Below the pieces are notes generated by a model, which searched no databases, had not been told where the DNA came from, and worked only from the letters and a program-made list of their open reading frames with translations. DNA of 64,000 bases from Elusimicrobiota bacterium (lineage in GTDB: Bacteria > Elusimicrobiota > Elusimicrobia > UBA1565 > JACRDR01), in the NCBI GenBank assembly GCA_041694815.1, contig JBGFSC010000033.1, forward strand, positions 8,148-72,147. Direction: 5' to 3'. The position numbers and the translations under genes were made by a program. Positions 28,671-36,834 of the stretch are shown here, piece after piece; position 1 is the first letter of the stretch; the number at the start of each line of letters is the position of its first letter.

Positions 28671-29122
28671 ATCTCGTTATCGGCTCCGACCACGCCGGCT
28701 TCGAGGCCAAGGAGAGGCTCAAGAAATTCCTCCAGGCCCAGGGGCATGCCGTGACCGATTTCGGCTGCTATTCGACGGAGGCTGTCGATTATCCCGATAT
28801 CGCCCAACTCGTCGGCGAGAGCGTCGCGCGGGGCGAGTTCGAGCGCGGGGTGCTTTTGGACGGCTTCGGAGGGGCCGTGGCCTTCGCCGCTAACAAGGTG
28901 CCCGGCGTTCGGGCCGTCTGCGCCTACGACATCGTCAGCGCCCGTTTTTCGGCGGCCCACGAGAACGCCAACGTGCTCTGCGTCGGCGGCAAGACGCATG
29001 GCGAATTGGCCCTGCAGGAGATACTCAAGGCCTTCTTGTCGACCCCCTTCGAGGGCGGGCGGCACGAGCGGCGATTGGCCAAGGTGTTGTCCATCGAGTC
29101 GAAGTACGGGGGAACCAGGTGA
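28667..29122 (+). CDS. ribose-5-phosphate isomerase B (RpiB/LacAB)-like, BMC-locus variant
   Basis: GSDHAGF, AFAANKVPGVRAV, AAHENANVL and GGRHERR align with RpiB. The position of the E. coli catalytic Cys (ILICGTG) reads LLDGFGG here. Confidence 0.75.
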   Translation: MNLVIGSDHAGFEAKERLKKFLQAQGHAVTDFGCYSTEAVDYPDIAQLVGESVARGEFERGVLLDGFGGAVAFAANKVPGVRAVCAYDIVSARFSAAHENANVLCVGGKTHGELALQEILKAFLSTPFEGGRHERRLAKVLSIESKYGGTR

Positions 29123-29400
29123 AGCTGGCTCGGGTGATCGGCCGCGTGTTCTGTGCCCGCCAGTCGGAGGCGATCGACGGCAAAAAGTTGCTCTTGATCC
29201 AGCCCCTCGCGTGGGAAGACGAGACGCCGAAGGGAGACCCGCTGGTCGCTTTGGATGCCGTCGGCGCCGGGGCCTCCGAAAAAGTCTACTGGGTCGCGGC
29301 GCGCGAGGCGGCCGTCGCCTTCGAGGACCTGCCTCCCACCGACGCCGCCGTCGTCGGCATCGTCGAGGGGCATCAGGTCCGAGACTTCAGGAGGCAATGA
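29119..29400 (+). CDS. BMC vertex protein BMC-P, copy 2
   Basis: MKLARVIGRVFCARQ...KLLLIQPL...VALDAVGAGASEKV. Confidence 0.7.
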   Translation: MKLARVIGRVFCARQSEAIDGKKLLLIQPLAWEDETPKGDPLVALDAVGAGASEKVYWVAAREAAVAFEDLPPTDAAVVGIVEGHQVRDFRRQ

Positions 29401-29696
29401 TGTTCTTAGCGGAAGTGGTCGGCAATGTCTGGGGGACGCGCAAACACCCCTCCCTGGAGGGCAAGCGCCTGCTGCTGGTGCGGCCGATCGACCCGATGAC
29501 GGAAAAGCCCCTTGGCGAGACGCTCATGGCCCTAGACGGTGGGGTAGGCTCGGGGCCGGGCTCCGTCGTGTTGGTGATGGACGAAGGGGGTTCCGCCCGG
29601 CAGATTTTAAAGGACGAGAAGGCGCCCGTTCGGGCAGTGGTCTGCGCGGTGGTCGACCAGGTCGCCGCGGGGCGGGAGGCGAAGCGCTATGCGTGA
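29397..29696 (+). CDS. BMC vertex protein BMC-P, copy 3
   Basis: [31 protein letters not shown]...[23 protein letters not shown] start overlaps the stop of copy 2. Confidence 0.65.
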   Translation: MMFLAEVVGNVWGTRKHPSLEGKRLLLVRPIDPMTEKPLGETLMALDGGVGSGPGSVVLVMDEGGSARQILKDEKAPVRAVVCAVVDQVAAGREAKRYA

Positions 29697-30729
29697 GGCC
29701 GAGATCAAGCAGGTCGTCGATGCCGTCGTGCGGGTACTGGCCGAGAAGGGGATGCTCAATAAGGATTGCGGCTGCGGGGCGTCTTCCAAGGCGCACCAGC
29801 CGGTGACGGTAACGACCGGCACGGCCGGCAAGATTTTTTCGGACGCGTGGCGCTCGCCAAGCCCGGCTAAAAGCGCTCCGGTCCGGCCCCAGGCGCAGTC
29901 CCAGCCGGAAGAGGAGATCGAGCATACCTCCGCTCCCGGCTGCCCGCATTGCGCGCCCGTGGCCGAATGTAGCCCCGGGCAACTCTCGGCCCTGGGGGTC
30001 GACCGCATCGCGGTCTGTCACCCCACCAAGAACTGCTCTAAGATCGCTCGCACCGTCGACCATACCCTGCTTAAGCCCAACGCCACCCAGGAGGAGGTCG
30101 CCAAGCTTTGCGAGGAGGCGCGCGCCTACTGCTTCGCCTCCGTCTGCGTCAACCCGAGCTATGTGGCGCTCTGTTCGAGGCTGCTTAAGGGCTCGGGGGT
30201 CAAGATCTGCACCGTCATCGGATTCCCCCTGGGCTCCACCACGCCGACGGTCAAGGCCATCGAGGCGAGGGATGCCATCGCCAACGGGGCTGACGAGATC
30301 GACATGGTGCTAAACATCGGGGCCCTCAAGTCGGGCAATGACGCGCTGGCCGAGGGAGATATCCGCGCGGTGCGCGAGGCCACCCGAGGCAAAGTCTTGA
30401 AAGTGATTTTGGAAACTGCTCTCCTGACCCAGGACGAGAAGCTGCGCGCCTGTAAGCTCGCCAAATCGGCGGGCGCCGACTTCGTCAAGACCTCGACCGG
30501 CTTCGGCGGGGGAGGGGCGACGGTCGAGGATATCCGCCTCATGCGCGGGGCGGTTGGGCCGCTCATGGGTGTCAAGGCCTCCGGGGGCATCCGCGACGCC
30601 GCCACCGCGCAGGCCATGCTGGAGGCCGGAGCGACCCGGCTGGGCACCTCGGCGAGCATCGCGATCGTCACCACGCCGGGCGCCGCTGAGGCCGCCGCCC
30701 CCGGCGCCAAGGAAGGAGGGAAATACTGA
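29689..30729 (+). CDS. deoC: deoxyribose-phosphate aldolase (DeoC) with an N-terminal extension of about 120 aa
   Basis: C-terminal 220 aa align to class I DeoC ([29 protein letters not shown] with the Schiff-base Lys, GVKASGGIR). N-terminus is amphipathic ([19 protein letters not shown]), then a Cys/Pro-rich linker. Confidence 0.8.
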   Translation: MREAEIKQVVDAVVRVLAEKGMLNKDCGCGASSKAHQPVTVTTGTAGKIFSDAWRSPSPAKSAPVRPQAQSQPEEEIEHTSAPGCPHCAPVAECSPGQLSALGVDRIAVCHPTKNCSKIARTVDHTLLKPNATQEEVAKLCEEARAYCFASVCVNPSYVALCSRLLKGSGVKICTVIGFPLGSTTPTVKAIEARDAIANGADEIDMVLNIGALKSGNDALAEGDIRAVREATRGKVLKVILETALLTQDEKLRACKLAKSAGADFVKTSTGFGGGGATVEDIRLMRGAVGPLMGVKASGGIRDAATAQAMLEAGATRLGTSASIAIVTTPGAAEAAAPGAKEGGKY

Positions 30730-31001
30730 TGGCGACACGGATCAAGATGCGAATCGACCTTCAATGCGGGTCCTGCTCCGCCCTGATCCATCAAGCCGAC
30801 CCGCCGCAGCGTTTTTGCCCGTGCTGCGGGGCCGGCTTCGAGCGCTTTTGCCTCAAATGCGGCAAGAAGGTGGACATGTACTTCGAGGAGTGGTGGCCCG
30901 AGGAAGACGAGTGCCTGAGGACCTATTCTCCCGCCAAACGCTGTCCTAGCTGCAATAGCGGCTTGGAAGTCGAAGAACGCGAAATCGAAGAGGGGGACTA
31001 A
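30729..31001 (+). CDS. small zinc-ribbon protein (four CxxC pairs), hypothetical
   Basis: CGSCS...CPCC...CLKC...CPSC in 90 aa. Embedded between deoC and a BMC-H gene. Confidence 0.4.
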   Translation: MATRIKMRIDLQCGSCSALIHQADPPQRFCPCCGAGFERFCLKCGKKVDMYFEEWWPEEDECLRTYSPAKRCPSCNSGLEVEEREIEEGD

Positions 31002-31300
31002 TGTCAGAAATCCGGGAAGCGCTGGGGCTCGTGGAAACCAAGGGGTTCGTCGGCATGATCGAGGCCTCCGACGCCATGGCCAAGGCGGCCAAGGTGCGGC
31101 TAGTCGGCTACGAGAAGGTGGGCAACGGGCTGGTCACGACTCTTTGCCGGGGCGAGGTGGGCGCCGTGCGCGCGGCCGTCGAGGCGGCTGCCGCAGCCGC
31201 CCAGAAGGTCGGCGAACTGGTGTCCGTCCACGTGATTCCCAGGCCCCACGACGACCTGGAACGGTACCTGGATGCCATCGCCGTGAAGCTCAAGGCGTAA
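31001..31300 (+). CDS. BMC shell protein, BMC-H, copy 2
   Basis: [52 protein letters not shown]...VHVIPRPH. Confidence 0.85.
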   Translation: MSEIREALGLVETKGFVGMIEASDAMAKAAKVRLVGYEKVGNGLVTTLCRGEVGAVRAAVEAAAAAAQKVGELVSVHVIPRPHDDLERYLDAIAVKLKA

Positions 31301-31324
31301 GCCCTCCGGGCGCGACGCCGGACG

Positions 31325-31558
31325 ATGTACACCGCCGACGACCTTATCGACGCTATTTTCGAATGCCTGCCCCGCGACGCCCGGGCGCCGCGGCCACCCG
31401 CCCCCTCCCCCCGCGGTCGGCCTTTCCTGACGGAGGCGGCCATCAAAAAGGCGTTGACTCCCGGAGCCCGACACCTTACAATACCAAGGGACTCCATCGT
31501 CAGCCCTTTGGCCCTCGATTGGCTGACGCTCAAGGGCGTAGAAATCATCCGCGAGTAG
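31325..31558 (+). CDS. small hypothetical protein in the BMC locus (77 aa)
   Basis: N-terminal helix DDLIDAIFECL. C-terminal LTIPRDSIVSPLALDWLTLKGVEI. High GC3. No family assigned. Confidence 0.3.
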   Translation: MYTADDLIDAIFECLPRDARAPRPPAPSPRGRPFLTEAAIKKALTPGARHLTIPRDSIVSPLALDWLTLKGVEIIRE

Positions 31559-31577
31559 CATTATTAAGGAGAGCCGA

Positions 31578-32654
31578 ATGGACGTAAGCAGCTTGCTCAA
31601 ATTGATGGTCCAAAGGGAGATTTCCGACATCCATTTCAAGGCGGATTCTTCCCCCGCCTTAAGGATCCATGGCCAGATGATCCCGGCCTCGAACATCCAG
31701 AAGCTTAGCGCCGAGGACGTCAAGGGAATCGCCTATCAATTGATGACCCCCCAGCAGGTCAAGCATTTCGAGGGAGAAGACGAGATGGATTTTGCCTACA
31801 GCCTTCCCGGGGTGGCGCGTTTTCGCATCAACGTCTACCGGCAGAGGGGCTCGGTGGGCCTGACCATGCGGGTAGTTCCCTTGAAGGTGGGTGATTTCCA
31901 GTCGCTCAATCTTCCCGCCCAAGCCTTGACCCGGTTGGCCCAGGAAAGCCGCGGCCTGATCCTGTTTACGGGCATCACCGGGGCGGGAAAAACAACCTCG
32001 ATGAACAGTTTCCTCAACTATATCAACGCCAACTACCAGTACCGGATCATCACCGTCGAAGACCCCATCGAGTTCTATCATCAGGACCTCAAATCCTCCG
32101 TCGTGCAGCGGGAGGTGGGCCACGACACCCGCTCCTTCGCCCACGCCCTGCGGCACGTGCTCCGGCAGGACCCGGACCTCGTCGTCATCGGGGAGATGCG
32201 GGACTTCGAGACGATCCAGGCGGCGATACTGGCGGCCGAGACAGGTCATCTGGTGCTCTCGACCCTGCATACGATGGACGCGGTGCAGACCATCGACCGA
32301 ATCATCGACGCCCATCCCGCGCACCAGCACCCCCAGGTGCGGCAGCAATTGGCCAACACGCTCAAGGGGGTCGTCGGGCAGCGCCTGGTGCCGACCCAGG
32401 ACGGCAAGGGCCGCGTCCCCGCCACCGAGATCATGGTGGCCAACAGCCTGTCCCGGCGGCATATCCTGGAGGGCAAGAACGCCGAGCTCTATAAGCTGAT
32501 GGAGGGCGGCGCCTACTACGGCATGCACACCTTCGACCAGGACCTTATCCGCCTCGTCCAAGAGCAGAAGATCGACCAGAAGACAGCGTTGGAGAACGCC
32601 AGCAATCCCGAGGATATCGCGCTCAAGATGCGCGGCGTTTCGGCGGGGGTCTAA
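31578..32654 (+). CDS. pilT: type IV pilus retraction ATPase PilT/PilU family
   Basis: SDIHFKADSSPALRIHG, Walker A GITGAGKTTS, EDPIEF, Walker B LVVIGEMRD, His box STLHT. Confidence 0.85.
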   Translation: MDVSSLLKLMVQREISDIHFKADSSPALRIHGQMIPASNIQKLSAEDVKGIAYQLMTPQQVKHFEGEDEMDFAYSLPGVARFRINVYRQRGSVGLTMRVVPLKVGDFQSLNLPAQALTRLAQESRGLILFTGITGAGKTTSMNSFLNYINANYQYRIITVEDPIEFYHQDLKSSVVQREVGHDTRSFAHALRHVLRQDPDLVVIGEMRDFETIQAAILAAETGHLVLSTLHTMDAVQTIDRIIDAHPAHQHPQVRQQLANTLKGVVGQRLVPTQDGKGRVPATEIMVANSLSRRHILEGKNAELYKLMEGGAYYGMHTFDQDLIRLVQEQKIDQKTALENASNPEDIALKMRGVSAGV

Positions 32655-33428
32655 GTGGGAGAACCGGAGGGAGAGAAGGAGGTCGAGTCGATCCTGACGG
32701 ATCTGGAGTCGATCTTGTCCGGGACTCCTCCCGCCACCCCGCCGGCCAAGGAGGCGCCCGCCAAGGCGATTGCCGCCAAGCCGGCCGATGTGCCGGAAAT
32801 CAAGCTTTCCGCGAGCACGACCGCACCGGCCGAAGCAACTCCTCCGATTCCGGCATCGGCACCGCCTCCTCCGACCATCTCGCTGCCCGCGGCCGCTCCG
32901 CCGCCGGTTCAAGCCAAGCCAGCGGTCCAGGCTCCTCCCCTGGTCCAAGCGCCGCCACCGGTCCAAGAGCCGCCTCCCGTGTCCGTTCCGACGCCGGCGA
33001 CCGCAGCAACACCGCCCGCTGCCGCGCCGCAGGCTTCCGGGGTTCCCGAGAATACTCCTAAGGACCAGATCCGGCGCGTCGGCTTTCTCTACGCCCCGGA
33101 GCAGAAAGGGAACGTGGAGGAGTTTCTGAAATTCATCGATTCGGTGGCATTGAAGGTGTCCAAGAAACCGTTGTACATCGAACGTGTGATGGTGAGCGAG
33201 TTTCCCGAGCAAGGAGATCCCAAGTTGGCCTTCGAGCAGGCTAAGGCAGGGAAGGCCGTAGGCGTGGTCGGGGTGTTGGCCTCGCTGCCCGAAAGCAGGA
33301 TACGCGAAATCGAGGAGGTATTCTCTGAAAACGGCATGTTTTATCGGACCGTGCATCCAGACGACATGCTCAAACGCTCGACCGTGGTCGATCTGCTCGT
33401 AGACCTGATGTTGAGCAGCCCTGCTTGA
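32655..33428 (+). CDS. Pro/Ala-rich hypothetical protein with a conserved-looking C-terminal domain
   Basis: Low-complexity PAPA-rich N-terminal half. Globular C-terminal roughly 120 aa (IRRVGFLYAPEQKGNVEEFLKFIDS...). Overlaps the pilT stop. Confidence 0.4.
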   Translation: MGEPEGEKEVESILTDLESILSGTPPATPPAKEAPAKAIAAKPADVPEIKLSASTTAPAEATPPIPASAPPPPTISLPAAAPPPVQAKPAVQAPPLVQAPPPVQEPPPVSVPTPATAATPPAAAPQASGVPENTPKDQIRRVGFLYAPEQKGNVEEFLKFIDSVALKVSKKPLYIERVMVSEFPEQGDPKLAFEQAKAGKAVGVVGVLASLPESRIREIEEVFSENGMFYRTVHPDDMLKRSTVVDLLVDLMLSSPA

Positions 33429-34981
33429 CGATGCTGGAGATGTGGGAGCTCATCCCTTCGCCGACCGCCGCCCAGCCCCATCGGCAAACGTTGTGGCTCA
33501 AGGGCCAATTGGCGGACGTCAACGCCGTCATCCGCCGTTTGGGCTCGGTTTGCGGCCGCCCCCGCAAGGGGTCGCGCGGCAAGTTCAATTTCAGTCTCTA
33601 CCTGCATCCCGACGGCCCGCAGGCCATCGGGAATATCCAGTCGGCCCTACGGGACATCACCTCACCGGGCTCCACCGCCGCGACGCCGCCGGTCAAGCCG
33701 GCTCCGGCCGCGCCCGCCGAAGCTCCGGAACTCCCCGCGCCCAAGCCGATCGTTCAGGAAACGCCGAGCGCGACTCCGGCCGCAGCCGCTCCAGCGCCCG
33801 CTCCGCAGCCGCTCTTCGGCGCCGCGCTGGAGCCTAATAGCGACTACAATTTCGAGGCCATGGTGGTGGGTTCCTTCAACCGCTTCTCGCACGCGGCTGC
33901 CAACTCGGTGGTCTCCAATCCCGGGACGATGTACAACCCCCTGTTCCTCTTCGGCAATCCCGGCACGGGCAAGACCCACCTACTGAGCGCCATCGCCCAG
34001 GCCTTGCAGCAGCCGGTTTGGCTCAGCAGCGGGCCACGGCTGGCGCGGGCCGTCGCGCGGGCCGCGCCAGCGGGAAGGATCGGAGAGCTAGAGGAGTTGG
34101 CCGAACGCTCGCGGGCCCTGCTCATCGACGACATCCATTTACTCTCGGTCAACGAGCACAACCAGGACGGACTGGTGAAGCTGCTGCGCCGTTTCTTTTC
34201 GGCCTCCAAACAGGTCGTCATGAGCTCCGCCTACCCCCCGCGCGCGTTGACGGCCATGGAGCAGGCCCTGGATTTCAAAATCGCTTCGGGCTGGGCGGTC
34301 GAAATGAAGGCCTTTGGCCCGGAGGTCCAGCGCGAGATCCTCGCCATGGCCCTGCAGCGCGCCGGGTTTGCCAACGACGAGGTTGCCGTAACGCAGGTCC
34401 TGGGCCATATCGGCGAGGCCTTTTTCGATCTCGGCCGGTGGCTGCGGCGCCTCAAATCCCTCGCCGCGTTGCGCGCCGCCGCGGGCCAGGCCGCCTCGCT
34501 GCACGAGCTGCTGCCCGTCCTTTTCGTGCCCGAGCTGCCGGTGCCGGAGCCCCTTTCCGACGAGGAGGTCCAGGGCCTTCTCGGGCAGATGCCCCCGGCG
34601 CCCGCCGGCGCCGCCCAAGGCGCCGTCTTTTTCCCGAAAGGACGTAGCGCCCATGCCGAACTTATGCTGCGCCGTTTGGCCGCCGTGTCCAAGCCCAACG
34701 GCTGGCCATTCCCGATCCGCCGGGCGGCGCTGGAGGCCTACGACCCGGACCAGCTCTTCGGCGTGCCTTTCGAAATAGCCGAGGCCTGTGAAAACGCGCG
34801 CGCCGGAGCTGCCCTGGTGTTGGGCCCCGCTCCCGGTTCGGGCCTGGCGGGCCGGGAGACCGAGCTCGCGCACGCGGTGGGGCATATACTCGAAAGCTTG
34901 GGCATACGGTTCGGTTGGATCCCATTTAGCCGAGTCAACGAGCTGGCCCCGTATTTTCGCGCGGGGCTCGATCTGAGATGA
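33425..34981 (+). CDS. DnaA-like AAA+ ATPase paralog lacking the C-terminal DNA-binding domain IV
   Basis: YNFEAMVVGSFNRFSHAAANSVVSNPGTMYNPLFLFGNPGTGKTHLLSAIAQAL matches DnaA domain III closely, including Walker A. LLIDDIHLL is Walker B. No domain-IV HTH. Pro/Ala linker at the N-terminus. Confidence 0.6.
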   Translation: MTMLEMWELIPSPTAAQPHRQTLWLKGQLADVNAVIRRLGSVCGRPRKGSRGKFNFSLYLHPDGPQAIGNIQSALRDITSPGSTAATPPVKPAPAAPAEAPELPAPKPIVQETPSATPAAAAPAPAPQPLFGAALEPNSDYNFEAMVVGSFNRFSHAAANSVVSNPGTMYNPLFLFGNPGTGKTHLLSAIAQALQQPVWLSSGPRLARAVARAAPAGRIGELEELAERSRALLIDDIHLLSVNEHNQDGLVKLLRRFFSASKQVVMSSAYPPRALTAMEQALDFKIASGWAVEMKAFGPEVQREILAMALQRAGFANDEVAVTQVLGHIGEAFFDLGRWLRRLKSLAALRAAAGQAASLHELLPVLFVPELPVPEPLSDEEVQGLLGQMPPAPAGAAQGAVFFPKGRSAHAELMLRRLAAVSKPNGWPFPIRRAALEAYDPDQLFGVPFEIAEACENARAGAALVLGPAPGSGLAGRETELAHAVGHILESLGIRFGWIPFSRVNELAPYFRAGLDLR

Positions 34982-36345
34982 CCCTGCCCGTGTGGGTGGC
35001 CCTACTGCTCTGCGCCGCCTCGGCGGCCGCCGCGGCGCTCGCGGCTCGCCGCGTTGGCGCGAACGGGGAAGGCGAGAAGAGGCCGAAGGCTCCCGGGATC
35101 GCGCTGGAGTCGACGCTGCGCGAGGTTGCCGCCACCATCGCGGCCCGCCCCAGCCGGCCTTCCGACAGCCTGGGGGCGATCGTCTCGATCATCGCGAAGG
35201 CGGTCAGCGCCGACCTGTGCGCTTTTTTGCTCTTCGAGGAGGCCAGCGGGGAGTTGGTCACGCAGCCCGGGGCCTACGGCCTGTCCTCGGGACAGGAAGG
35301 CTCGCTCTATCGCCTCCCGCTCAACAACGATACCTCTTCCTCGGTGCGGGTGTTTAAGACCGGGTTGTCGTTCTTGACTGGGGACGCTCAAAGCGACCCA
35401 AGGGTCATCAGTCATTACGTCAAATTGTGGAAATGCCATTCCCTGATGGTGGTTCCCTTGACCCTCGAAGGCAAGCGCGTCGGCGTTCTCCGCGTGGGGA
35501 GCTTCCAAAAGGACTTTTTTTCCGCCGAGCATCTCCGTTTCGTCGAGCTGCTCGCGGAGGAGGCGGTCGTCATTCTAGGAGGGGCCCTGCTGACGCAGAA
35601 GCTGCGCGAGACCAACCAGCGGCTCGAGGAGCTTAACCGGCTCAAGGATGAGTTCGTCTCCACGGTAAGCCACGAGTTCAAGACGCCGTTGACCTCCATC
35701 AAGGGATTTGCGACCGTCATGCTCGAGGGGTCGCCGGGCCCGATCAACGCCGACCAGAGGAAATTCCTGACCATCATCCAGAACGCCTGCGACCGCCTGA
35801 CGATGCTGGTCTCGGAGCTCCTCGACATCTCACGCCTGGAGGCGGGCGTGCGCATGGAAATGCAGGAAGTGTCCTTGGAGGAGATGCTCCGCGTCTCGCA
35901 GGAGAACCTCCAATGGCAGGCCGAGAGCCGAGGCATCCGTCTGTCGCTCGAGCTCCGGGACTCCCTGCCACCCATCCAAGGGGATCCCCGCTGGCTGCGC
36001 CAGGTGGTCGACAACCTGCTTTCGAACGCGATCAAGTTCACGCCCAAGGGCGGCAGCGTCTGTATGCGGGCGTGCCTCCAGGGCGACGCCGTCGAGGTGA
36101 CCGTCGAGGACACTGGCGTGGGGATCGCGCCGGAGGACCAGCCGCACATCTTCCAGAAATTCTATCGCGCCCGCAGCCAGGCCCCTTTGAACGCGCCGGG
36201 GACGGGGCTGGGCCTGGCGATCGCCAAGACGGTAGTGGAGAAGCACGGCGGGCGGCTCTGGTTCGATTCGCAGCCCAACCGCGGCTCGAGATTTTACTTT
36301 GTCTTGCCGACCGCCGAGGCGGCGGCGCGGATGCAGCGTGTCTAA
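34978..36345 (+). CDS. sensor histidine kinase with GAF domain
   Basis: N-terminal TM, GAF-like region, HisKA (STVSHEFKTPLTSIKGF), HATPase_c (N-box LLSNAIKFT, G-boxes DTGVGI and GTGLGLAI). Confidence 0.8.
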   Translation: MTLPVWVALLLCAASAAAAALAARRVGANGEGEKRPKAPGIALESTLREVAATIAARPSRPSDSLGAIVSIIAKAVSADLCAFLLFEEASGELVTQPGAYGLSSGQEGSLYRLPLNNDTSSSVRVFKTGLSFLTGDAQSDPRVISHYVKLWKCHSLMVVPLTLEGKRVGVLRVGSFQKDFFSAEHLRFVELLAEEAVVILGGALLTQKLRETNQRLEELNRLKDEFVSTVSHEFKTPLTSIKGFATVMLEGSPGPINADQRKFLTIIQNACDRLTMLVSELLDISRLEAGVRMEMQEVSLEEMLRVSQENLQWQAESRGIRLSLELRDSLPPIQGDPRWLRQVVDNLLSNAIKFTPKGGSVCMRACLQGDAVEVTVEDTGVGIAPEDQPHIFQKFYRARSQAPLNAPGTGLGLAIAKTVVEKHGGRLWFDSQPNRGSRFYFVLPTAEAAARMQRV

Positions 36346-36381
36346 CGGTGCCTGGCACCGACAAATAGGAGGGGGGACTCT

Positions 36382-36834
36382 ATGCGAAAAAACTGGAAGG
36401 CAATGGGCTGGGCCTTGGCGTGCGCCGCCCTGGCCGCCGGATGCTACGGCCCGCAGAGCCGCGTCAAGAAGGGCCAGGTGCAGAACACAATCAACCAGGA
36501 CCCGAACCGCAACCAATACTTAGAGGCGATCGGCATCGGCGCATCCGATCCGGCGCTCGCCAGCGACACGCAGCGCAAGGCCCTCGCGCGCGACGCCGCC
36601 ATCGTCAAGGCGCAGTATGAGATGCTCTCCATGGTCAAGGGCGTCATGCTCCAGGGAGGGGTGACCGTCCAGCGGGCGATGGAGACCGATTCCACGCTCG
36701 AGGCGAAGGTCAATGACGTCATCAAAGGCGCCGAGATACTCAAGAGCGAGTTTACCGCCGACAACGGCTGCGTCGTGACGATCCGACTCCCGAAGAAGCG
36801 GTTGGAGGAGATGATGGGAGTGAAGTTCAAATGA
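36382..36834 (+). CDS. lipoprotein, LPP20/FlgP-like
   Basis: Lipobox LAAGC. ARDAAIVKAQYEMLSMVKG...VQRAMETD is LPP20-like. Confidence 0.45.
   Translation: MRKNWKAMGWALACAALAAGCYGPQSRVKKGQVQNTINQDPNRNQYLEAIGIGASDPALASDTQRKALARDAAIVKAQYEMLSMVKGVMLQGGVTVQRAMETDSTLEAKVNDVIKGAEILKSEFTADNGCVVTIRLPKKRLEEMMGVKFK

Noticed and set aside
31659-33356. 565-aa minus-strand ORF antisense to pilT and the downstream Pro-rich gene, and similar antisense ORFs (43921..45711 opposite topA, 18108..19166, 17333..18355, 20867..21754, 25324..26085, 26317..27183)
   Set aside because: They mirror well-supported + strand genes (PilT, TopA, aminotransferase, 5'-nucleotidase, PduL, ALDH). They have Arg/Gly/Asp-rich compositions typical of the antisense of high-GC genes.
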